A stretch of 63,985 nucleotides of DNA, the filler included, from Trypethelium eluteriae (Eukaryota): NCBI GenBank assembly GCA_051942245.1. It is 3 parts of 3 records of this genome, joined end to end, with 100 filler letters (N's around TTAATTAATTAA, not from the genome) between each part and the next. Parts side by side here need not be neighbours in the genome. Positions count along the whole stretch, not along the records: positions 46,471 to 63,985 come from JAVECL010000586.1; 2 more parts are not named here. One strand, written 5' to 3'. The notes beneath the pieces are model-generated. The model was not told where the DNA came from and ran no database searches. It saw nothing but the letters and a program-made list of their open reading frames with translations. Position 1 is the first letter of the stretch, and each line of letters begins with the position of its first letter. The position numbers were made by a program, and so were the translations under genes. Shown here piece by piece: positions 50,301-62,273 of this stretch.

Positions 50301-51716
50301 TTGAACCGAGAGCTGAGGTTGCGCATGCTGGCTGGCTTGGAGACCTGGCATTTGTTGACCTTGAATGCCTTGGAGAGCCTGCAACTGAGCAAGCTGGAGA
50401 GGGTTCAGCTGCTGGCCGCCAAACATCTGTTGAACTTGCTGCGGCTGCACCAAAACTTGGCCTTGCGGCAATTGCACCAGCTGCGGCTGTTGCGGATATT
50501 GGAAGTTTCCAATGGAGCTGACAGATTGGTTGTTGACGGAACCGCGAGCTCGATGACCAGGCTGAAAAGGCGCAGCACCGGCATGCTGATTGAGATTAAA
50601 GTTGCCCATGTTCGCAATTTGCGGGTCCTGGACAGGCTGCTGTTGGTTCTGCTGCCTCCAGTTTCCGTCAAAGTTCCTAGATTGATTTCTGCCGTGCCCT
50701 TGACTACCGCGCCGTTCAAACTGCGTTTGTCCAGCCGGTGAATTGTTGCCGGCATCATTGGTTGCATTTGGCGGTGGAAATTGAAAGTTTCCAGGACTCC
50801 TGCCTTGTGCGGCATTGCGGTTATTACCACCGACAGCCATGCTCTGACTACGACCATGTGCTGCAGACCTGTTGCCACCTCGCGCATTCAAGTTGTTGCC
50901 ATTGTTGTTGTTATTGTTTTGCGCAGGTTGTGCAGAGTCACTGCTTGGACTAGAAGATGCATTTGCAGAACTTGGAGTGGCGCCACCACCTCCAGGAATC
51001 GGGAACTGGAACCCAGAGGCTTTTCGCTTCTGCTCGGCGAGCTCGGCGGCTTTCTTTGCTTCAGGCAATGCTAAAGAATGTCGACGGTTGTGGCCTGCAC
51101 CAGCGTTTCCGCCGCCACGGCCACCGCCGCTAGCACCACCACGCATTGGGTGTACATTCTCCCGGCCCTGAGTATTATTCACCGAAAACTCGCCAAAGGT
51201 AGAGCCGGATGCTCCGGAAGAAGGTGCTGGAGGAGGGCCCATCCCCATGTTTGGCATGGCCGATTGGTTACGTCGATGAGATGAAGGTTGGGTGGGCGCA
51301 CCCATTGGTACACCAAGGTTTTGTTGTTGCTGTAAGGCTTGAGGGAATTGAAAGTTGTTTGCTTGTGGTGACATGTGCGAGACTTGACCTTGGACAGGGG
51401 AGAAGCTTTGGGCAGGCAAGTGTTGCTGCGGTTGGATCATGCCCATGTTAACATATTGCTGATGAGTCGCAGCAATTTGCTGCTGTTGCTGTTGCAAGAC
51501 TTCGATTTGCTGTGCGATGGCGAGTTGCTCCACTAGGATCATGGTAAGCTCAGAAGGGAGGGAAGGATACAGACATGTTTGCTGTATCTTACAAAGAGAT
51601 GTGTAGATAGACATACTCATGAGTGGGGTCAATTCTGAGGGACTTCTCCGATGTGCAATGTGGAGCCTGCGACCGGCAGGGCCCTGAGGACCGCCAGGAT
51701 GGCCTGACGGGTCCAT
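47386..51716 (-). CDS. SSD1: Ssd1 RNase II-like (RNB) pseudonuclease mRNA-binding protein
   Basis: HRRSPSELTPLM|MEQL; Q/N-rich N-terminus with HxRxxS sites; RKTLFTPYLPQA; DADIFICGSKDRNRALEGD; PKIVWFKPTDKRVPLIAIP; YTHFTNPSRRYAD. The last exon is CLTIRSLNPYAL*. Confidence 0.97.
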
Positions 51717-52575
51717 TGTAGACAAGGATACTTGAATCTATCCAGACGGGAGAGTAAACGACCGCCGCAACCGTGTTTCACAGGGAATGTCTTGGCTGAC
51801 TCGAAATGAGGTTTCGGGAATCTAACCGACTCTCAATCAGATCTAGACAAAGAGACCGAACACGGCTAGGTCCATCAGTACAGCCATTGAAGGAGATGGT
51901 GCCGGCTGGGTGGGTTTTTGATACCTTTGGACGATGGATAGCTTAGTCAAGGTGACGTTTGAAGGTGTTTCGTCTGGCTACGAGGATGTCCCGGAGAGCT
52001 CGTGTGCCCGGCAAGCTCGGGCGTCGGCAGGCGGGCAAGGCACAAAACGCTTCCAGACGATGCTGGTCGAAGCTCAATGCGACGAGTGATGAGTGTCGGA
52101 CTGACGGGAAAAAAGATTGTGGGCGTAGTAGAGTTAGAAGTAGAAAGGATTGATGGGCGCAGTAAGCCCACGGCAGTATTGGGCGACGTAGCTGCTCGGG
52201 CGAGACGGGCAGGCGTCGAGAGAGAGGGAGAGGGAGGAGCACCAGAAGCAGCCGCGCGAGAGGAGCAACAAAGATGCAAGAGAGTGATGCGAAGGAGGAG
52301 GGACTGGCAGAGGACAAGGGGATAAGGATTGCTGGAAAGAGGGTGATGGCAAAGAAGGTGCTGGGGGTGCGGAGATGTGGTGGGAGAGGAAGGACTGGTC
52401 GACGCCGTCCAGTGGCCCTTCGCTTCGGGCGGCCTAGAGTGGACGGCTTGATGACATCAAAGGCGGGAGAGAGACATTTTGTACGGAGTACTCCGTACCA
52501 CGAGCACCACCACTTTTATTATACTATTGCTTCTCGTCCTCCTCCTCATCAACAGCACTTCGCAACCACAGAAAC

Positions 52576-53300
52576 ATGCCAGGCACGTCTGCCACGCTGC
52601 AATTGCCCGATGCGGTCATTGATCATGCTCGAAACAAGGTTCATCGCTCTGGCTGATGCCCCCGGCCCACTCGCCCGTTGCGACACTGCTCTCCAGCCTC
52701 ATCGCCCACACTATCCCTTCACACTTCGCCCAGTTGTCGCCGCCCCAATTCTCTCCTCACGTTACTCTGACTTCCGAGATTGACCCCCAGCTGTACGGGG
52801 ATCAGCCGCAGCAATGGCTCGATCAGCAAATCTCTTGCCCCCCGGGAAAAGACCTATCCATCTTATTTGAGACATTGGATACGGAGCAGCCCTTCTTTAG
52901 AAAGCTAACCATAAGAGTTTCAAAACACCCGGTCCTTGCTGAGCTTGCCGAAAATTGTCGACGCATTGGAGTTGCCAAGGACAATGGCATTGCGCAGAGG
53001 TGGGTGGAACACGACTATCGACCGCACTGCAGCTTGATGTAGTACGTGGTTTACTGAATACATGTGATATTCTCTAAAGCATTTTCTTCTAATCGTCTAT
53101 ATTTCAGCGCGGATACTACCATATCAGAGCAGAAGATGACAGAGATCAAGACCATACTACAAGACGCGCAGATTGTCTTCAAAGACTTAGAACAATCCAA
53201 CGTAAATGCATTAAGTGGCTGGACAGGCGGGACGGTCTGGCTAGTCCCCACAGATAGAGAGATCTCTGCATGGCAACCCATAGCATCAAAAGAGCTTTGA
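52576..53300 (+). CDS. CPD1: 2',3'-cyclic nucleotide 3'-phosphodiesterase (2H phosphoesterase)
   Basis: MP|GSSLWLMPP; two HxT/S motifs (FSPHVTLTS, YRPHCSLMY). Introns 52583-52638 (GC-AG) and 53042-53108. Confidence 0.88.
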
Positions 53301-53566
53301 GTGGTAATGCTCTCGCGTTAGAAGAAGATAGCTTCAATGCTTTTAATTTAAAATTGCGTCTGGGTATCTAGACCTAATCTTGAGCGACTCCCATCAAACC
53401 CTATGCTTCCGAGTGATACCTTATGCAGAAAAGTTCCACACCAAAACATGGCTGTACAACGAACATCTGCAGAGAAATCAAGCCGTGTTCAATTCTATGC
53501 TTCATCACTTTCAAGTATCGCATAACGTCGCCCAGATTTCAACCACCGCTTGTGCCCACACATGTA

Positions 53567-55222
53567 TTATGTGATCGTCAGGTGCTCATCTCTCTTCAAA
53601 ATATCCTTCAGCACCTTCAATGAAGACAATGCTGGTCCCTGTGGCGCATGTGCAGGGAACTCGTTCAGAGCTTTCCTTAAGGCCACGTATCCCGGATGAC
53701 CATAGAATCGGATGAATCTAGGGATGTAATTTTCAAGCATACCCCTGAGTATTACAACGTGCGTCGTTGTGATCTCTCGCGGTGGCGTGTTGAGTATTCG
53801 AGATAGCGCTCGCCAAAAATGATAGCTCGGATAAGGATTCCTTCTCGTACTCTTCGAGAAGTCGCGTAGGCTCAGAGAAGCATAGCCAGCTCCTAACCCG
53901 GTCATGCGGTCGTTGTGCGCATTTTCGGAAATGTACCTGCCACTCCCTTTGTCCTCTTCTAACCAGCCCAAACGCCTTCGGCCATTCTTGGTTTCCTCGT
54001 TCCCACGTATACCGAAAAGGACGGGACAGACAACATGGTACTTGGCGACGAGGATGTCTACAAGTGGCTGGCCCTCCAGTTTTAAGGAATCCGTAGAAAA
54101 AACTGTGGCGGCCATCGTACCGATAGGTTCTGCCCGCTTCGTATCGCGGCCAGCTTCTTCCGCAAGCTGGGCAATGATCTTTTTAGATAAGATACTGAGC
54201 AGATAGGCAAAGACTCCAGACTCGAGCATCATAGGTTTTGGAGGTGTAATGAGGAATTTGGCCATATCAACTTTGGGCTCTTGAATCCGGCGTGCTTCGG
54301 TCAGCGTCATTTGTATTCTCTCGATGGCCTTCTTGTTGGCGGCCTTGTCCGTGCTGAGCTGGCCAACTCTCGTATTGATATCCCTTCTCATGTCTCCCAA
54401 TTTCCCTTTCGCTTGGGGATTCTGTTTACAGTACGATACGACACTTCTGCGCATCTCTTTGAGTCGCTGGTGGATGTCGAGAAATTGTTCATGAGTCGAC
54501 TCAGCAGATCGCACCCTTCGATCTGTAGTGGTCCTAGAAATCCCATTGACCTGGATCTTCGGAGGCTCTGCCGGTGGCGCCGACAGTGCTGGAGATTTCT
54601 TGCCCGGCAGGTTCTGATTTTGCTCAATTCTCTGTCGATCGGAAGATAATGCATGTTGAGACAGAGAAACTTGTTCTGATGCTTGCTGAGTCTTGACCGG
54701 ATATTCAAAAGCCTTTTCGCTTGAAGGACTAGGTTTGGCAGGTACCGGGGCTGCTCGTGAGAAGGAGAGTGGTTGTTGAGCTGGCGCAGCGGTTGTGAGA
54801 TTGGAAGGCGCAAACTGCAAAGAAGCTGAAGTAACCGAACTAGCCGGAGGAGCTGGAGTAACTGAAGGAGCTGGAGTGGCTGGGAATGGCGTTTGCACTG
54901 GAGCCGGAGCAGGGTGCGCGGGAGGAGAGGGTGGAGCTGGCGGTGGAGGAAGAGGATCTGGAGGCTTTGTGATTCTTTGAAGCCTTTCTCTCCGCTCGAG
55001 CTCTTCGGCGCGTATTCGCTCGGCTTCTGCTGCTCTGTAGACTTGCTCATGCGCTTTTCGGGAGGCTTCCAAAAGCTCGTGGTGTAATTTGGAAGACCTC
55101 CGATCTAGGACATCGAGTTCTGTTGCGAAGGTTCGCTGTTCGTCGATACAAAGTCTGGTGAACATATCCTCAAAAAAACTCGAAGGATCATCCTGCTTGC
55201 CTCTTTCCTTGGTTTGATCCAT
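53567..55222 (-). CDS. GLE1: mRNA export factor Gle1
   Basis: Coiled coil plus Pro-rich linker; RVGQLS; AEPIG; LVDILVAKYHVVCPVLFG; HNDRMTGLGAGYASLSLRDFSK...NPYP..HFWRAL. Start codon uncertain. Confidence 0.92.
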   Translation of the reverse strand: MDQTKERGKQDDPSSFFEDMFTRLCIDEQRTFATELDVLDRRSSKLHHELLEASRKAHEQVYRAAEAERIRAEELERRERLQRITKPPDPLPPPPAPPSPPAHPAPAPVQTPFPATPAPSVTPAPPASSVTSASLQFAPSNLTTAAPAQQPLSFSRAAPVPAKPSPSSEKAFEYPVKTQQASEQVSLSQHALSSDRQRIEQNQNLPGKKSPALSAPPAEPPKIQVNGISRTTTDRRVRSAESTHEQFLDIHQRLKEMRRSVVSYCKQNPQAKGKLGDMRRDINTRVGQLSTDKAANKKAIERIQMTLTEARRIQEPKVDMAKFLITPPKPMMLESGVFAYLLSILSKKIIAQLAEEAGRDTKRAEPIGTMAATVFSTDSLKLEGQPLVDILVAKYHVVCPVLFGIRGNEETKNGRRRLGWLEEDKGSGRYISENAHNDRMTGLGAGYASLSLRDFSKSTRRNPYPSYHFWRALSRILNTPPREITTTHVVILRGMLENYIPRFIRFYGHPGYVALRKALNEFPAHAPQGPALSSLKVLKDILKRDEHLTIT

Positions 55223-55491
55223 TCCTATCAAACTCAAGGTGCGGGAACGCCCTTGCACACTTGCGACGCGAAGCGGGAGTAAGTGTCCAGAAATTTAGAG
55301 GAGCTGCTTCAATCGCGGGCCGGGAGACCCTGCCCCTGCCCTGCTTGCTTCCTTTCCAGTTTGTCGGGTCTTTCTTTGTCTGCGACACCATGGGCTTGCA
55401 TCTCACACAAGAAGTGTACAGCTCTATAGCGCTATAGACGTAATGTTTCTTGTCCTCTCCAGAAATGTTAGGACAACGAAGTTTCTTCGGC

Positions 55492-57367
55492 ATGCTTCAG
55501 TCGATTTCAGGCATCCTCTTTGAGGTTGCGTTCTTCTGGCAGCTGGTACTTGATGACTTCCTGCTCCATCTTGTTTGGTCTATTGTGTAATAATAATACT
55601 GACAAAGCATTTATGACGTAGAGGCTATACAATTGGTGGACCAAGAAGACTTCCAAGGAGCTGCTATTCGAGATCATTTCTGAGGCCAAGACGTTTGAAG
55701 AATGGGAGGCCGCAGCTTTCCAGCTGGATGAGATTCTTGGCAATGATCTTTGGTACTCCATCCTCCCTGACAGCGTGCTCAATCGCCAGAAACGTCGCTG
55801 ATCCTAACGGCATCCTACACAGGCGTCAAAACCCAGCTAGCAAATTCTACGATTACCGGCTCATTTATGAACGTCTACAAGGTATCATCGAGGCGCGTGA
55901 AGACAACGACATTCTGACTCTTGTCAATTTACTACGTTCTGGCCTGGTGCGTAATCTAGGTAATATAACGGCACCTAGACTCTTCAATCGTGCGTATGCT
56001 GGAACCAAACTGCTCATCGAAGACTACATCACCCAAGTAGCACTTGCAATTGGCTATGTGACTGCTTTCCCAACATCGAACGTGCTCGACTCAGGACTTA
56101 ACAACCAAGCCAAGCTTGACTTGCTACATGACACTCGACAAGCCTTTGGGCGATCAGCACTGGTTCTGCAAGGGGGATCCATCTTTGGTCTTTGCCATCT
56201 AGGTGTCGTCAAAGCGTTGCATCTGAGAGGCCTGCTCCCTCGTATTGTCGCTGGCACGGCCACAGGCGCTCTTATAGCTGCTCTAGTTGGCGTTCACACT
56301 GAGGATGAGCTACTTCAATTCCTTAGTGGCGAAGGCATCGATCTGTCTGCCTTCTATGTCCCAGCTGCAACGACTGATGGACCAAATGTTAAGAAAACAG
56401 GGTGGTGGGCTACCCTACAGAGACGCATCAAGCGCTTTATGAGGGACGGCTATTTTCTTGACGTGGGAGTACTGGAGCAGTGCGTTCGTGCGAATGTAGG
56501 AGATATCACCTTCGAAGAAGCCTATGCCAGAACAAAAAGGGTCCTCAATATCACTGTGTCGACAACGGGCGGCGGCGTCCCTAATTTGCTCAATTATTTG
56601 ACTGCGCCGAATGTGGTAGGCGTCCATTGAATCTCTCAAAGGCAGATGCGTTACTAATCTGAGGGTAGCTAATTTGGTCTGCTGCTCTCGCATCCAACGC
56701 AGCCGACCCTCTTTATTCACCCGTCAAGTTAAAGTGTAAAGATGAGCACGGAGACGTTGTTCCATGGACCTCAGCTCAGGAAGCAACATTTAAGCCCTGG
56801 ACGCAGGCAACTTATACAGACAGAGAATCGCCGCTCGCTCGGATTGGCGAACTCTTCAACTGTAACCACTTCATGGTATCTCAAGCTCGACCTTACATTG
56901 CCCCCTTCCTCCGCTCCGACATGCATCATCCAAATCCGAGATACTTTGGCAAAGGAGCTCTGCTGTCCATGGGGCTGATCCGATTGATGGTCTTAGAGCT
57001 ACAACATCGGCTTCATCAACTGGACTCTCTAGGGTGCCTACCGTCCAGCATTCGACGATTCCTCCTGGACGAGAACATTCCCGGCGCAAATCTGACAGTG
57101 GTGCCCGACCTCTTTCCAAGTGATTTTATCAAGCTTTTGGAGAATCCTACGGCCGAAAGAGTCAATTATTGGATCCATCGCGGAGAACGCAGTGTCTGGC
57201 CTGCCATAGCGGCACTCAAGGTGCGATGTGCTATTGAAGTCGAGCTTGACCGAGGTTATCAGCTTGTGAGACGAAGGAAACCTTTAGACTCGGTGTCTGT
57301 AAGCGCTCCAAGGAAGATGAATGAGTCAAGGAAGAAGGCCAGGACTCGGAGCTTGGGTGGGAGCTAG
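55492..57367 (+). CDS. TGL3: Patatin-domain Tgl3/4/5-family lipase-like protein (DUF3336 + patatin), multi-exon
   Basis: AKTFEEWEAAAFQLD...NDLW|RQNP...YDYRLI; AFGRSALVLQGGSIFGLCHLGV; LLNYLTAPNV|LIWSA; ELFNCNHFMVSQARP; GERSVWP. Confidence 0.9.
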
Positions 57368-57381
57368 ATGCTGAAAGTACC

Positions 57382-59172
57382 TCAAGGCGATCTTGATGCC
57401 TCCGCTGCTGATGCATCATTGGATGTTGATATCTTTTCCTGGCCAGCTAGACCACTTTGAGACGAATTCCTTGCAAGCTTTTCAGATCCTTCCGACGACC
57501 CATGGCCCTCCGCCAAATCATGGTCCTTCTTGTCTCCATCCATACTGGTTGCAACCATAATTTCATTCGTAGACTGTCCTTTTTCAGGATCGGGACCTTC
57601 TTTGGTTTGCTGTGCTGCAGCATCTGCCTGGGCTTTCTCATCTGGCCTGGTCAATCCTCGGTCTTTTACCAAGACGCACAACAATAGACAGGCAGCAGGG
57701 AATGGACACAAACTTATCCACACCGCTCGGCTTGCCGATGAGTATGCGTCTAGTATCGAGTTCTGGTCAGCAGGTGTAAATCGCGAGATATCCGGTGCGG
57801 TGTACGCGGAGGCTCCAAGATATTTGAGCTCTGGTGGCAATGCGCTCTTCAGCGCATTTTGAAGGACTGCAGCTGCCATGGCCAAACCAACAGCTCCTCC
57901 TGAACTGCGAAGTACATTTCTATTGCTAATGACGATCGCTCTATGCGCCTTTGTGCAATGCGCTTGTAAAGCGACAAGCATAGGCTGAAGCACGAAGCCA
58001 GTTCCAATACCCATGATTATGAAATAAATCACAATCAGAGCGATGCTTGTTGACCGACCCCACATGCAGACCAAGCCGCCTCCGAGGGTGAATAAGGCAA
58101 AGCCAGCCCATAGGACCTCCCCGTAGCGTTTGTACTTCGAAATGTAGCGTCCGCTGCAGGTTGACGCTATCGCTTGGGCCCCAACAAGAGGAATTGTGTA
58201 GACTGCCGACATTATAGGACTTTGGCCTTTTACGTTTTGAAAATACAGAGGAGCAAACCAGACGTATGCATAAAATGGTATTCCCATCAAAAAGCTTTGC
58301 ACGAGAAGAGCGGCCACAGGAGTGTTTTTCCATAAGTATACGGGCATCATAGGTAGTTCGGCCACTTTCCACTCAATCAGAATAAAGACCATGGTCATGA
58401 CTCCACCTGCGACCAGCATTCCAATGACAAGGGCTGAGTCCCACGGGAAGTATGTGCCTCCTCCAGAGATAGGTATGAGCAGAAGAATCATGCCTGAAGA
58501 ACCGGTAATCACGCCCAAGTAGTCAATCTTCTTCAAGTTCTCGCGGAAGTTGCCTTTAGGCATGTTATTTGGAAGCATAAGCCAGTCAACGACCGCAGAA
58601 ATGGCTGCCAGCGGGGAGAGAAACCAGAAAAAAGCTCTCCAGGTCGTTCTTTGCGTGAAGGCGGCAGCAAGCAACGGTCCGGCAATGTTTCCCAAGCCCA
58701 CCATGCTTCCCAGTATCCCCTGATAGTTACCGCGCTGTTCGAGGGTTACAATATCACTGACTATCATCATACCGAGTGACATCACGCCTCCAGTTGCGAC
58801 ACCCGCAAGTCCTCTGAACACGAATAGCATTGTACTATTAACGGCGAACCCACTGACTAGGTCGGAGAACGACAGTAGGACGAAGCAGCTTGTGATGACG
58901 ATTTTACGTCCGAACAAATCGCTCAACCTTCCGTACAGAACCTGAAATGTAGTATTGGCAATGAGATTACTTGTGCCTGCCCACGATATCTTATCCGAAG
59001 CGTCGAGGTCCTTTCCCACCTGAGGCAGGGTGACGGCAAGGCCATTTTGGTCAATGAAGCAGAACAATAGCCCGAAAGCAAGAACACAAAAGGTGAAAAT
59101 AAGTGCGCTGCCTTGAAGCAAGTTTGTCTGATCATGGAGGCCCTCTTCAGCCTTTTGTTGAGCACGCGTCAT
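57382..59172 (-). CDS. MFS drug:H+ antiporter-2 (14-TM) transporter
   Basis: LHDQTNLL; YGRLSDLFGRK; VSDIVTLEQRGNYQG; WRAFFW; IDYLG; RSSGGAVGLA. Intronless 596 aa. Confidence 0.93.
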   Translation of the reverse strand: MTRAQQKAEEGLHDQTNLLQGSALIFTFCVLAFGLLFCFIDQNGLAVTLPQVGKDLDASDKISWAGTSNLIANTTFQVLYGRLSDLFGRKIVITSCFVLLSFSDLVSGFAVNSTMLFVFRGLAGVATGGVMSLGMMIVSDIVTLEQRGNYQGILGSMVGLGNIAGPLLAAAFTQRTTWRAFFWFLSPLAAISAVVDWLMLPNNMPKGNFRENLKKIDYLGVITGSSGMILLLIPISGGGTYFPWDSALVIGMLVAGGVMTMVFILIEWKVAELPMMPVYLWKNTPVAALLVQSFLMGIPFYAYVWFAPLYFQNVKGQSPIMSAVYTIPLVGAQAIASTCSGRYISKYKRYGEVLWAGFALFTLGGGLVCMWGRSTSIALIVIYFIIMGIGTGFVLQPMLVALQAHCTKAHRAIVISNRNVLRSSGGAVGLAMAAAVLQNALKSALPPELKYLGASAYTAPDISRFTPADQNSILDAYSSASRAVWISLCPFPAACLLLCVLVKDRGLTRPDEKAQADAAAQQTKEGPDPEKGQSTNEIMVATSMDGDKKDHDLAEGHGSSEGSEKLARNSSQSGLAGQEKISTSNDASAAEASRSP

Positions 59173-60178
59173 GGGTAAAGGACGAATTTAGGAGATGTTT
59201 GAGAAGTCAGGAACTGCCTAGCAAGCTTGGCTGAAGAAGAGGATGGGTTTGCCATGTTGAAAATTTGTGGACTAGTCAACGGCCCAGTATTTCTCTGTGA
59301 AACCTGCTGTCGGAAGTGCGTGCCGAGATGATGCAGATAGAAAAGGACGGCCTTTGAGATGATAGGGTAGATTTACCGGCCGTACTATCGTATAAGTCGC
59401 AAAGTGTTGAGCGATCGCCTGCGGCGAATTTTCTCCCGAGGCTTGGTGAGAAGCATTCCCACACAGGCATATCCGCGCCGGTGGCACTATCTCCTAGGCC
59501 ACAAACTCCTCGAGACTGGGATGCTGGGGTGGGGGATCCCGAAGCGGGAGAAAACCACGGTACTATTCTCCGTCGTCTTTTCCGCACTATTTATCAGAAA
59601 GTTAGGAAAGACAGTTCGATGAAATTTCGTCTCCTAATGAGTGTGCTCAGTCTACGGGAATGCGGAAGCAGGAAATGATCTAAGTAGAGGATCTGTGAAG
59701 ACTTAACCAATTTTAAAGAGAGGATCAATGATGCGTGAAGCTTAGGAAAGACACGAGCTGAGGCACTGCATCTCATGTGTCCTCTTTCGACAGCCAGGCC
59801 GACGCAGGTAGGTCATGAAATAGATGGAACCAAAGGGTGAGGACACTCGAGTAGTCTTTACTAGCCCCCGACCGAGGATCCCCAGCGGTATTCCAAGAAA
59901 TTTTAGAAGAGTACTTAGCGGGAATAAGGTCGTCCAACAAGAATCTAATGATTGCCCTGCTCGATAGCCTCATCCTTCTTCTCCGAAAAAGGAGCCGTTC
60001 GTACTGAGATTGTGATGATTGCGGTTGCAAATTGCATCGTAACCTCCATCAGACTCTTGTATGGTTTTATGACGTCAGTGTCAAACGACGATATATAGAG
60101 CATAGGACTTAGTGAATCATTGCCATTCCATTCGAGCCTCCCGCGCATGAGAGCTCGCGGTAGAACGGAGCTACAAGA

Positions 60179-61619
60179 TCATGAAGAGACCGCTGGACTA
60201 CTTTGTTCACTTGGGCAGACTGGAGAGGTTGACCCTAAAGCGATCTTGACCCCCCTGCGACTCTCAACTGCCATCCTCTGCAGTTCCACGTACTCCCAGA
60301 CCTCATCGCGATTTTGAATCCATTCGAATTCCCTGACCATTCTCAGTAATAAATATGTCGCTTGTATCATCACTTGTTGTTGGGCAGGGCAAATTCTCGG
60401 GCCGCCCAGAAATGGGACAAACTGCCATGCATTTTTAGGCCCTTGCTCCCACCTCTCCGGCAGGAATTCATCAGCGTCAGTCCCCCAAATGTCTTTATCG
60501 TGGTGGATGTGATACGTTAGCGAGCAGACAGTGACACCTCGGGGCACGAACACCGGGGCCCTGCCATCCGGTCCTCCACCGCGCGGTAGAGTTGTATCAC
60601 GGCGTGCCGTACGGAAAATGCGTCCGGCTGGACCGAGCGTACGGAGCGTCTCGTAGATGACGTGGCGGAAGGGGAGGAGGGATTTCAGAGTCGAGAATGA
60701 GAGGGACGAAGGTTCTGCGGGATCGAATGGAAGAGACAGCGCCATTTCACGCAATTGTGTCCAATATTTGCGGTGCCGTGCGAGCTGGAAAAAGATGTTC
60801 GAGAGCAAGGCTGCGGTAGTATCACGACTTGGTAAGAAAACGTTTATGAGTTCAAAGCGCAGGGATACTGGATCGCGTATTTCCTTCGCGAGTTCGTACA
60901 GAAGGACATATCGATTTGAAGAGTCCTCTACATGAGATTCCACTTTGCTTCCGATGGATGTGGAAGTAAGCTCCAGTGCTCGATGTACTCGAGCATCCAT
61001 GAACGAGTAAAGCTGCGTATATGCCTTGACCCAGGTCTTGTCGAGGGCGTATCGGAATGAGAGCAGGCCAGCTTGTCGACGCTTATTCCAGCCCAACAGG
61101 GTCTCATCCAATGATCGAAGAAAATCTCGCCTGTTGCGGCACCCTCAGCTGTCTGAGCATCCACCGACTCGCCGAAGAGAAATTCCGTGGAGAAGTCGAG
61201 GAACTATGTAATTATTAACACATAGTTTGCTACAACGCAACGTCACGTGCCAGCTTCTTCAGCATCAGCTGAATATCGAATTCGCTCGAATCTCGAGGTG
61301 GCAATGCCAAGAAGTGATTCACATGTTTTGCCATCATCGTCATACTTCCAACCTCCGCTTTGGCAAAAATAGGCTTGATGATGCTCCTTGAGTGTTTCCA
61401 TTGCGGACCCTCTGCCATGAAAATACCATTTCCAAGGACTTGCGCACTGATTCTGGCTCTCTGAGAGGATTTACCGAAATGCGGATACGTACGTGCCACA
61501 TAGCAGCCTGTTTCCTGGCTTCTTCGGAGGAATGCTAAGAATCCTCTTGTCTTCAGGTAGATGAGTGCCAGTACCAGAAGGACTGCAGTGGAGGTAAAGA
61601 GCAAAAGACTGGAGGCCAT
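60179..61619 (-). pseudogene. Cytochrome P450, CYP52 clan (alkane/fatty-acid hydroxylase-like), apparently broken
   Basis: N-terminal TM anchor; LGNGIF..EG.QWKHSR; FLDFSTEFLFGES; RDTT; ETLR; PERW; FLGGPRIC. There is a frame change near 61130 and a missing block after YPH. Confidence 0.78.
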
Positions 61620-62273
61620 TGCGCTACTAGCACTGCCTATCTGAGCTTCTTGAGATCATCAGTTGACATACTTAGGTTGGCTGGCACACGGTTAACAGAA
61701 AAACGCTGACTCGACCCGACCGAGATACACGTAGATACACGAGAAAGGAGTCTCCGTTTTTCTGTCAGCCGCGTGACTGGTAGTCTCTTTGTTCTGCGAC
61801 ATGTCTAAAGTCAGCATCTTTTCTGCGCCGTAGAGACACCAGGATAGAGTAGCTCTGGCCGTTTGAGAACGATGCCGCATTTTATGCGTCCTGCATATGA
61901 ATCGTGTCAAATTTGGAGGTAGCTGCATCGGACTCAAAGCTCTGTAATTTTATCTTAGCTATAGAGGACTATTTAATGATCTCCAAGATTAAGGAGGTGA
62001 AAGTCTTACTACCCTACTTCCCCTATACCCAGTTAGGCATCGAGCCTCGTCGAGCCCACAGCGCATGAGAAACCACCAAATTCGGGCCAGAATACTCCGT
62101 AACCGATGCACAGTCTCAGGCTCGACAGATCGCCTTTGGTATCTAGCTATTGCCAATCAGTCTTGAGGATAGAAGATAAGTCATTAGGCATCCATATCTA
62201 TTAAGTCAACAACATTTATCGGCCAACCTCCATCCCACGTTAACACGTAAGACTTTTTTGGCATTCACAGATC

